Source: Minutocellus sp. GHC0000111
Taxonomy: Eukaryota
Length of the DNA stretch: 64,000 nt
Direction of reading: 5' to 3'
Assembly: GCA_977018835.1 (NCBI GenBank)
Contig: OZ361258.1
Span: forward strand, 3,844,001 to 3,908,000
The translations under genes and the position numbers were made by a program. The notes under the pieces were generated by a model. The model did no database searches. It saw only the letters and a list, made by a program, of their open reading frames with translations, and had not been told where the DNA came from. Position 1 is the stretch's first letter. Each line of letters begins with the position of its first letter. Shown one piece after another: positions 38,979-50,647 of the stretch.

Positions 38979-40417
38979 TTAGACCTCCTCTTTGGCATCA
39001 GCAGGATCAAGACTCGAAGCATGGACCGAGGCAACTTGGTGGCGGGCGTCCAGCATGTGTTTGAGGAGGAAAATTCGAGCAAGGACCACCTGAACGAACT
39101 TGATTGAAATCACGAAGAGTGGAACGACCGAGGCCATGAGCGTGATAGGGGGCATGTCACGGGCCCATGAATAAGGACTGCGGGGGTAGGACCAGCTGGG
39201 CACACCGAGGAACATAATGTGCATGGTTCCAAGTGCCTACGAGAAGAATAAAGAGAAGGATAGGAGTAGATACATGCTCGTGAGGTGCGTAAAACCAAGG
39301 CATATTGGTAGCCAATGAATTCAGTGCGCATAAATATCCCACGTACCAAAGCTGACCATACAACCGGTCCAAAGACAAAGGCAAACTGAGCCTTATTCAT
39401 GGCTTGTCCCACGGATGGTAGAGAGGCGATGCCATTGATAGTGAAGAGAGAAGTAGAAAGGACGGCACATAACATCGAAGCCTCGTCGTTCCACTCCATG
39501 TGGCCCTCGCGAAGGAGGAAGCCAAAGTACTCCCCGCCAAAAAGGAGAACCATCATACAGGCATGAAGAGAGACAAAGTAGAGGGATATCAACCCGACAT
39601 GTTTGCGAATTTTGCACCCCCAGATGAGGGCTCGAGGGGGTACAGACGACGCCTTGAAGATCTTCATGAGGCGGATGGTGGTCCCTGGTAGTAGAGAAAG
39701 GGAAAATCCCCAGACGGCGGTCCAGGCAAACATCTTGCTACTGTGACGACCCAAAAGAGTATACCACTGAAAGTTAGGGCGGCCACTCACTTGAATCGTC
39801 ACATACGTAAAGATAAGAAGGAAGAGTGTCACCATGAGGGCAGAGGCATGTTTCCATTCCCACCCGATGGTGTCCTGGTGGCCTCTCATTTTGGAGTACT
39901 GGTCGAAGGGGATCTCCTTGGGCGAAAAGCCAAGAAGCTTGGCAAATTCCATAACCTGGAGGACACTTTCTTCGTTCGGTCCGCAAACATTGGTGCGCAG
40001 AGATTTCTTGTCAAATACTTGAAACTGAATCTCTTCCATAGCTCCAGTGTCATTGAATGCCTTGACCCATCGATCGTACTGGATTCCAAGAGCACCCATC
40101 GTCGCCTTGAGATCCTTCTTGCTGGCGTCTTCATTCGTCAAGTCCACCAGCGTGATGTTGTTGTCCTTGACGAGACTGAAATTGCGAACAAGAAAATTGG
40201 CCAGAGCGTACGCTGGGATTGCAAGAATGACGATGTCTGCGCATTCCAGCGCCTCGGGGTATGGCTCGACGGACACATACTGGTTAAAGGGGGCGTAACT
40301 CTTCGTCGGGAGTGGTTCCGTAAAGACTAGGTCAACTGATCCCCTCTTTGCGTTGCTCTCGTACATGTGGGCGAGGCCATGTGCCTTGTCTCCTGTGCCA
40401 ACAACAACAACTCTCAT
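38979..40417 (-). CDS. STEAP-like metalloreductase (N-terminal F420/NADP oxidoreductase fold plus ferric-reductase-type membrane domain); exons 40417-39347 and 39236-38979
   Basis: 'VVVVGTGD', 'ADIVILAIP', 'LVDLTN', 'WVKAFN', then TM helices with 'RKHVGLISLYFVSLHA', 'GIASLPSV' and 'ALGTMH'. The GT-AG intron keeps frame. Confidence 0.82.
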
Positions 40418-41003
40418 GTTTGAAGAATGAATTCGTTGGTGAGGTATTACAAAGGATATTTTGAATCAATCTGTTAATTTTGGTGTAAACTTTGTTTTAT
40501 GAGTTCTCGTGTGGCAGCATTTGGTCGTGGCGCCACCTTTGGCACTTCGCGTCGTCGCATTACCGCGTATTTTATTCTGCAGTTCGCGTTAGGGTGCGAA
40601 CCTTGTGCACTTGTCGGAAGGGTTCGCACTTTGCCCCCTCGCGCTCTGCCATCGATCCACATACAACACTGAGTATGCATGGGTGGACCGTTTGAATGTG
40701 GTTTCTATCTATGTGTTGTTGCGTGGGAATGAAATAGTTGATTGCCTTCTTTCTTATAGACATATGGGTTCTCTTTCTTCTTGCAGTGTCAAGCGATAGA
40801 GAGAGAGCCCGGCCGCCTGGTCCCTTCAATTTGCGTTGATATTGAAGCGCCGGTGTTGAGAGGCGATGAACGCAACTGCCCATCTACTGACTCATCAATG
40901 AATTATTTCATGGAGTTCGTCAACTGCATAGTTTGCTTTCGTATACGAGCAACATCTATTTCGTCAGGCCATCGCTCATCCTATTTCTAGCCTTCTCGTT
41001 ACT

Positions 41004-42793
41004 ATGAGATCGTTTTCTCTTCATAGCTGTGCCCTCGCCTTCGTTGGCAGCCAGCTTTTATCGCTCGTTCAATCGCAGCTCACCACCAACCCGACGCTTC
41101 AATCGCGATCAAATGATATGTTTGATGCTATGTTGGATATGCTGACGGCCGAAGACAATGAAATTCCTATTACATACAAGCCTGGGCAGCTCACAGTCGC
41201 CGAGAATAGTCTCTTATTATCGACTGGACTACAATCCAGAATCATTGCCATAACAGGAGAGCCGGTACTCTTCAAGGATGGGTCCAAGTAGTCTATCCCA
41301 TTCCACGAACAGCCTGATGCGGGTGCCGTCTTCGTAGACTATTCACCAGCCAACAAAGGAGGCTACGCCTATGTCTCGAACGCCGAAGTAGGAACGAAGG
41401 GTGGTGGGGTCGGCTCCATAATCTTTGACGCCAGTGGCGATCCAATTGACTACAAAATTATTCTCACCGGGACTACTCGTAACTGCGGTGGGGGCAAGAC
41501 GTACTGGCAGACTGTAAGTTCCTCGAACAAGAGCACCGTTGAATGGATGCCTATCAGTAAGGCTGTGCTTGCCTACTAGGTACTTGATCTATTCTTCTCA
41601 TCATTTGTTGGTGTTATACCACGTTGTTTTGACCAATTTATACCACGTTTGTTTTGACTAATTTATTTTGTAGTGGGTTTCGTGTGAGGAGGCGGGCAAT
41701 AGAGGTCAAATCTGGTGAGTGAAAAGCGCTGCACAGTGGAACGATTTTCCCGGTGCGCATTGCCATTTATCCTCATGATCACTTCAATATCGAATCTCTC
41801 ACCTCCTCACTTTCCATTGAAAAATTATAGGGAGACCGACCCCTTCGGAAGAGAGGCCGCAAATAAGACTGTGCTTGGAGGGCTCGGCGGAAACTATGAG
41901 AGCATGGCCTATGATAATCGTGCAAAATTCAAGCCGCGGTTCTTTATCACCAACGGTAGGTATTATCATGCCTTGGAGTATGTCACTTGAAAATATGGCA
42001 GTGATAGAGTCTCGAGAAACATCTCACTCGCAATGGCATCTTCCTCTTACTCGTCACTATTTATTTTTCTACGTAGACAAGGAAGATGGCGAGATCCGGC
42101 GATTCACACCCAAAAGATTACCCATTGAGAATGGGGACTACAAGGCTATCCTCACAACACCAGGGGTCATGTCATATTTGGTCATCAACCCCGCCAAGGG
42201 CAAATTCGGTTGGACCAAGGATATCGCCAGAGGAAAGAAATCGGCCAAGAAACACTTTCCGAACTGCGAAGGAATCGATCGCAAAGACAACTACCTCTAT
42301 TTTGTCTGCAAGGCTCGTAAGGAGATGTTCACACTGAATCTGGACGACAGGACGTATGTCAAGACCAGTACCGAGAGCGGAGCACTTGATGGCCAACCAG
42401 ACCAAATTGTTCGTCTTACTGACGAGGGACATCCACTGCTCTACTTCACTGAGGATGTAAGTATGTCTGGCTTGGAGTAGTTTTTTCCATTTGTCTTCTG
42501 TTCTTCGTTTTCATATTTTGACCACTTTCCTCTTTTCCCTCGTGCTTTTTCAAAATTAGGGAGGTAAGCCAGCCGGCATTCATGCTCGCGATCGTGATGG
42601 CAACTACCTGACGATCGACGAGGCAAGGAATTTTGGCGGGTCAGCCGAAACGACGGGCCTGGCCTTCTCGCCGGATGACATGCACATGTACTTTGCTGCA
42701 CAAGATGACGGGGTGCTTTTTGACATTACCCGCACCGACGGTCGACCATTTGACGCCAAGACCCTCGCCATCAAGTATCACCAGGTACCCTGA
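41004..42793 (+). pseudogene. phoX: PhoX-family (DUF839) secreted alkaline phosphatase with premature TAG at 41289-41291; exons 41004-41513, 41674-41714, 41831-41955, 42077-42456, 42560-42793
   Basis: Reading through the TAG gives 'FHEQPDAGAVF...YVSNAE...GGVG...NCGGGKTYWQT|WVSCEE', 'NYESMA', 'NCEGI', 'DGQPDQ', 'LYFTED', 'ETTGLAFSPD'. All four introns are GT-AG and in frame. Confidence 0.85.
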
Positions 42794-43682
42794 TCAAGCC
42801 TACATGCACCGCGAAACATTAATGTCTTGGGGTACTAGTAATGCGTTTGTTATCAGATCAAATTCGAATCGTATCTCACAAGCGCCATGGATATCGAATG
42901 GCAATCAAAAGAAATAAATGATAAAGCAATAATAAAGTGAAGAAGAAAACCTTCCAATCTCATACTGTTCTTGGTACATGTAAAGGAATCCAGTGACATA
43001 CTCCGAAAGAGCCGAGACCACACCAGCACCGTATGCCTCTCGGGCCATTCGGGCGAGGTAATTTCCATGATATTGGTTGAAATTGTCAATAGTGACTATC
43101 CCTTTATCGCACATTGCTTTTGGTTTGCCATCTTCCATCACCTCATTGCCCTCATCACCGAGCAGCACTTCATCATCCATCGCCAGGGCGGACAAGTCGC
43201 CATCTTCATGCTCACTGCTTCCTCATTATTACCATTCGATCTCGACACAGACAGTTCATACCGACGCACCGCTGGTATTTCACAGGCAACGACGCAAATT
43301 TCCTCTACTCCCTCCTCTTCACTATGCATTACTAAAATCTTCATGCTGGATCGGCGGGCGGTCGAACGTCGAACGATGACATGCCATGCCCTTGATCAGT
43401 ACCTAGCTAGGTACTCTAGTACAAGAGCCGCCCACGCGCTAACAATACTAGCTCGCGGACGGGCAACTCGTCCCTCCGCCTGCGGTATCCTGGTGCGAGC
43501 GCCGCTACAACATGGCAACGACGGCACAAGGCGGCGACGACGATGCCCATGGTGTCAAGCAAAGATCTTTTAGATCTGCATGCATCGCTCTCTGGCATCT
43601 GTCTCCCTTCCTCCTTCTCTTCCCCTCCCCTTTTTCATCAGCATTTATTTCCGCGGATGCACTCATGCATGCATCACGCCTA

Positions 43683-46019
43683 CGAAGTCCGTTTCGCGAG
43701 AAATCGAGCGCAGGGCCGGGACCAAAAAATGTCGATTTTTGGGCCCGCAACCCGGACACGGACACATGCATGTAAAGCCGGAACCATCAAAACTGACAAG
43801 AGAGCACTACACATGCATGTACTGCATGTGTGTGTAGTAGCACAAATATAGCTCGAATCTAAATAATCTAGTATTATTTTAAACATAACATAACTTAAAA
43901 GCACCGCAGGACAAATTATCCATGGTTGGATCAGCAGGAGGAGGAGCGATAATTTTCCCATCTATCCGAACCATGCCATTTTCAGTCGGCCTGAAATCCT
44001 TTCGCACCCCAACATGAATGCCTTCACCGTTTCCAAGAAAATCATTGTTGCCTTTTGCAACGATTACCTTCTTTGCAATTCTATGAGCCTGGATGTATGC
44101 CGATGCGATCTTCCAGTTTTCCAGCCCCATCCAAACTTCCTCCGCTGCATCCCAAGTCTGATCCTCTGTCAAAACCTTCAGCCCCTCCCGATCGCGGCAC
44201 AACATTGTATGCTGCTTTGACATGCAAGGGAAAACAGACAGATCAAGAACATTCATATGGGGCATTTGCGGGGCCTGAGGTTCCCAACGCCATCCCTTGT
44301 CCCGAAAGTATCCTTCCACATATTCCACAAATTCAGTCTCGGCATGGGGCCCAGCATTGTCGCCCTGAAAAATAGGGACATAGCCTTCAAACTTACCACC
44401 AGGTCCGACCAAAGCCTCAACATCCGGAAACATCTTGTTCTCAAATAAAGCTTTCAGTGGGAACTTGGGATTATCAAGGGTGCCATGGCTGCATCCAGTC
44501 ATCGCGCAATCCACAAGGTATAGATCGTCTTTCTTCCGAACCACCGGGCCGCAATATTTGATTCTACCATCTGCCTGCCGCACCGCCTCCCTTACCATCT
44601 GCCTCGCAATTTTATGCGCCTGAGCCCGAAAAAGTCCAAGCTTGAACGCAATGCCGCCATTCTCAATGCTGTCAATAAAAGCCAAGGCAGTGACAGCCAC
44701 CACCATGCACTTGTTGATGTGATTTCGGTGATATGCCGAGAAGGACCGAGGATCAATACCCAATTCTGCAACTTGCTTGGCATACGATCGAAGAACCAAG
44801 CCCCAAAACCACTTCTCATCGAACATAATAAGGAGAAACTTGCCACCGCCGAGCCCCCAATTGTTTCGGAATTTCCGCGCAAATACCAAATGTTTCTCCA
44901 TCTGATGGGTAGTAAGGAGAGGGATGATCCTTTCGGCATAGTACCGGAACCCTTCCCGCGACATTATCCACCGCCGTATTGCCGAGTAGGAACACCAAAA
45001 GTTGACATCAACCTCCAGCTCCCGCCAAGATTCCCGAGGATTTCGTATCAGAGCATCAACAATAACATCTCGAATGTATGGCTGCATAGCCAGATGAGAT
45101 CTCCTCTTCATCTCCCACATCGCCTTCTCAGATGCAGGTAGAGCACCATACGCCTTCATCCATCCCGAAAATCGTGCACCATGCTCTGCGCTGGACAGCA
45201 CCGAATAGTCCACCTTTGCCTGCTCCCTGCACTTGGCAATTGCAAAGAGACATGGTGCAGTACACCGCCGGGTCGCCGTTGCAAGATCGTCGATGACAGA
45301 ACGGAAGGCGGCCGAATCAGATGAATCATCGGCACTCGTTGGGAAGCAGTATACCGGTCCAAGTATGCCGATCGCGTCATCGAAATGCTCAGCTTCGACT
45401 TCCGCCCGAGACACAAATGGATTGAACACATACTCACCGCTGTCTTGGCCATCATCATTGACCAGGAGAAAACTCTCAAGATTGACGGGCCCGAGGATTT
45501 TGAGAAGCACATGCTCCTCAATGTCGTCAGTCGACTCGTCTGCCGGGCGATAAGGGCCGAGAACATGCCCCTCGACATGGATGATGTCGTGGCAATAACT
45601 GACTGAATCGGTGTACGACAAGGCCGCGGAGATGTTCCACTCCTCAGTTACCTTCATCTACAAGTTCAACGGCGTGAAGCGGGAGCTAAAGAAGCTCAAG
45701 CTCATCCCGGATTGGCTGTGGTGCGAGATCCGGGACGAATGCATCGTACTGCCGATCCGAGGCGAGTATCATGCCATCGTTCAAGATGAAGACGAGATGG
45801 AGGCCGAACCGTCGCGTCGCACGAACGCGTCCATTTGATTAGAGCCGCTGAAATCTAAAGTCTTATCCGAATTATTGTTTCACATGAAGATAAATCAAAA
45901 TTAGAGTAAAAATAGCCATTTTCTTAAATATTTCAGCATGACTATTCTTCGAGGCGCTTTTCATTCCCCTCGAAAGCAGTCAAAAACCGGGCGCTCGATT
46001 TCTCGCGAATCTGACCTCG
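43683..46019 (-). mobile_element. Complete IS630/Tc1/mariner-superfamily DNA transposon (2337 bp)
   Basis: Left TIR 43683-43711 CGAAGTCCGTTTCGCGAGAAATCGAGCGC. Right TIR 45991-46019 reverse-complements to CGAGGTCAGATTCGCGAGAAATCGAGCGC (26/29 identical). TA flanks both ends (43681-43682, 46020-46021). Confidence 0.93.
43879..45657 (-). CDS. Mariner-type transposase, DD38D triad
   Basis: 'MFDEKWFW' (D1), 'FQGDNAGPH' (D2, codon 44361-44359) and 'QAPQMPHMNVLDL' (D3, codon 44244-44242), with 38 residues between D2 and D3. True start uncertain. Confidence 0.88.
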   Translation of the reverse strand: MKVTEEWNISAALSYTDSVSYCHDIIHVEGHVLGPYRPADESTDDIEEHVLLKILGPVNLESFLLVNDDGQDSGEYVFNPFVSRAEVEAEHFDDAIGILGPVYCFPTSADDSSDSAAFRSVIDDLATATRRCTAPCLFAIAKCREQAKVDYSVLSSAEHGARFSGWMKAYGALPASEKAMWEMKRRSHLAMQPYIRDVIVDALIRNPRESWRELEVDVNFWCSYSAIRRWIMSREGFRYYAERIIPLLTTHQMEKHLVFARKFRNNWGLGGGKFLLIMFDEKWFWGLVLRSYAKQVAELGIDPRSFSAYHRNHINKCMVVAVTALAFIDSIENGGIAFKLGLFRAQAHKIARQMVREAVRQADGRIKYCGPVVRKKDDLYLVDCAMTGCSHGTLDNPKFPLKALFENKMFPDVEALVGPGGKFEGYVPIFQGDNAGPHAETEFVEYVEGYFRDKGWRWEPQAPQMPHMNVLDLSVFPCMSKQHTMLCRDREGLKVLTEDQTWDAAEEVWMGLENWKIASAYIQAHRIAKKVIVAKGNNDFLGNGEGIHVGVRKDFRPTENGMVRIDGKIIAPPPADPTMDNLSCGAFKLCYV

Positions 46020-46030
46020 TACTCATCAAC

Positions 46031-48178
<2,148 letters not shown>

Positions 48179-48373
48179 TGACTTCCCATCAAAAATGATT
48201 TGGTCCTCTATCTATCTAATGCATGTGCCGTGCACATTACTATCTTAGTTGCATTATATGTTTGCGCACTGCCCGTCTCTACCCCTTGAAATCACCTAAA
48301 AATAAGGTAATTCATTATTACACAACCAAACAGTGTAGGTCCAATTTGAATTTGCAAACTGAGCCAGTGCCAA

Positions 48374-49540
48374 CTATACCCCACCATGGTTGATCCCAAC
48401 TCCGGAGAAGACAGTATTGAAGCTGATGCCGTTGAGCTCGTTGCATACGTCCTCGATCTCCTTGATCTCCGACACGGTGTAGTTTGTGGTGACATTGCCC
48501 CTGGGTGCATTCTTCGGCCGTATCCTGCACGTATAGTACCCCCTGTCCTTGGCTTCGCGCAGGTAGTCATCCCGATCGCTCACCACAAGTATACTCCCAC
48601 TGGACACGTCGGTCTTGTCCTGAATGTTTCCCAAAATATCGGAAGGTGACAAATGTCCATCCTTGCATAACAGATGGAATCGTACCTGCGGCAATTGCTG
48701 TTCCAGGTCGTCCATCCGCCGCGCCGCGGCATCGTTGGATTCCTTGTCGGCGTTTTGTGGTATGGGCAAAAGGGCAATCTTCATCGATCGGTTGGTCAGA
48801 TACATTAACAGATTGCCAGTTCCCGTCGCCGCCAACCATTTGCTCCCGGTACCCACCGGTTGGGAGGAGGCAATCTTGCGGGCCGCCAAATGGCCGGCGG
48901 CATCTCCTCGCTTCAATGCGTCCTCCTGCTGGGCCTTCATGTTCTCGACGCCGGCCAGTCCTCCATCGAGCTTCTTGCGCAACTTGTCGGCGTACTTGGC
49001 CCGTGGATCGCTCATCGGCGGTGCCTTGGTACTTGCTGTTGTTGACTTTGGTGCATCTGGCTTTGGTCGATCTGGTGCATTCGATGACGAAAGTCCCGAC
49101 AATATGCTGCTTCCAATTTCATCATTTTCCGGTCGAAATCCGGCAGGAGCCGACGGATTCCGAGGCGATGCCCCACCGCCACCGGTAAGTCTGGACAGAT
49201 CGTCATTCTCATCGTCGTCCTTCTTCCGTCCAATGGTCCCTCCCAAGTCTACATTGAGAAGCTTGGCCATATTCTCGATCACGCCGGTATTTGGTGTCGC
49301 CGCCTTGACGTTGGCAGCACCACCGGCACCACTGCCGCTCTGACCTGCAATTATTTTTGCCCAAGGCAGTCCACCACCACTACCAGCACCGCCCACAGCC
49401 TGAGCCTTTTGGGCGTCCAGGTTGCGAATGAGCAGATCAAAGTCGAGCGCGACGGCCTTGATCTTGTTGTTCTTGCCGGTGTCGATGCGGGATTTGCTGC
49501 CGCTGACGTCGGCGGAGGACACTCCTCCCATGTCCATCAT
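48374..49540 (-). CDS. Hypothetical protein with a degenerate HAD-like fold and a low-complexity insert
   Basis: 'IKAVALDFDLL' (motif I-like) and 'ILVVSDRDDYLREAKDRGYYTCRI' (motif IV-like); long intact ORF; start uncertain. Confidence 0.6.
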   Translation of the reverse strand: MMDMGGVSSADVSGSKSRIDTGKNNKIKAVALDFDLLIRNLDAQKAQAVGGAGSGGGLPWAKIIAGQSGSGAGGAANVKAATPNTGVIENMAKLLNVDLGGTIGRKKDDDENDDLSRLTGGGGASPRNPSAPAGFRPENDEIGSSILSGLSSSNAPDRPKPDAPKSTTASTKAPPMSDPRAKYADKLRKKLDGGLAGVENMKAQQEDALKRGDAAGHLAARKIASSQPVGTGSKWLAATGTGNLLMYLTNRSMKIALLPIPQNADKESNDAAARRMDDLEQQLPQVRFHLLCKDGHLSPSDILGNIQDKTDVSSGSILVVSDRDDYLREAKDRGYYTCRIRPKNAPRGNVTTNYTVSEIKEIEDVCNELNGISFNTVFSGVGINHGGV

Positions 49541-49719
49541 GGCCGAGTACCGCCCCCGAAGGAGGTGACGGGTCGGTCGGATGGCGCCAAGGAGCAAGGT
49601 GCGGTGGTGGTGGAGATGATGGATGATAATGGGCCCGGGCGGCCTCTATTGTTTTCCGGGTTCTGAGCCGAGGGCCGATTTAGCCGTGTTCCTGGCGACC
49701 CGCGGCAAAATTGAAAGTA

Positions 49720-50470
49720 AAAACATAGGGCGATGAATATTCATATGTTGGCAGGTTTTGATTGAGAGGGTTGATGCATGGGTAGGGTTGATGTGGCCTC
49801 TCTTTACCAACAAACACCCTTTGGCACTTTGCTGGAATGTTGTTTCTCTCCGCTGCATCTGCTGCACATGGGAGTGTTTAAGTGTTGGTAACAAGTGACT
49901 CTGTGAAGAGCCTGCCTGTTTGATTCTGTTTGTTTTATGCCTGGCTAGCTTGCATTTTTGGCTAATAATTTAGGTCTCTGATTAGGTTTGCTCTCCATGC
50001 CGGATTGGCTATTGCTTGTTCGAGTTCTTCTTGGCTCATTCGGAACTTTTTACACCAGTCCAACACTGCCTCTCTGGCGTGTCTCCTGGAGAGCTAGCTG
50101 CATTCCCACGGTGTTTGCTTCGACTCGTGCCACCCACTTGTTCCTTAGTTGAACTTTTTCATGTTCATCCCCGTTCTTTTTCAGTTTCAAGTTTGTCACT
50201 CTGTGCAAAGTCATGTTGTGCCCTGTGAAGTAGATGGCTGAGTTGAGACTTGGTGGACTCGGTGCGCCGCCGGTGGTGGTGGTGCTGCTGCTGCTGGTGT
50301 TCTCGCCAAGTGTTGTTGCCCTTGACACTGCCATGTAGAGCAGGCCAGGGTTTCCTGACTCAAACTTTGTCTCCTGGGTCAACAAATGCTCTGTCAACTG
50401 CGTTTGGCTGTTGGCCTTGGTTCACTGGTCCGGCTGACTGCCCTTGGAAGGAGTTGGTCCCATTTTAGGT
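49720..50470 (-). mobile_element. Decayed Pif1/Helitron-type SF1 helicase C-terminal fragment plus downstream sequence
   Basis: Minus strand reads 'TNSFQGQSAGPV...PNAVDRAFVDPG', then after a frameshift 'FESGNPGLLYMAVSRATTLG', matching SF1B motifs V and VI. CpG and TpA look scarce by eye. Confidence 0.65.
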
Positions 50471-50647
50471 GAGGCACTTCAGGACATTGGAGATTTTGCA
50501 CATCACATACCGAAACCTCGCCGACGGCGACAAAAACGACCGGCATGCATGCTCACACCTCACACATGACTGAGATGTGCTCATTCATCACCGGTGTGGC
50601 CTCACCAAAAAGCATAAGCATAAAACGATAAGAGAAATACAGAGACG

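Noticed and set aside
41614..41664. ~25-bp tandem duplication in PhoX intron 1 (TTATACCACGTT(T)GTTTTGAC)
   Set aside because: An ordinary local slippage duplication near the branch point, with no sign of function.
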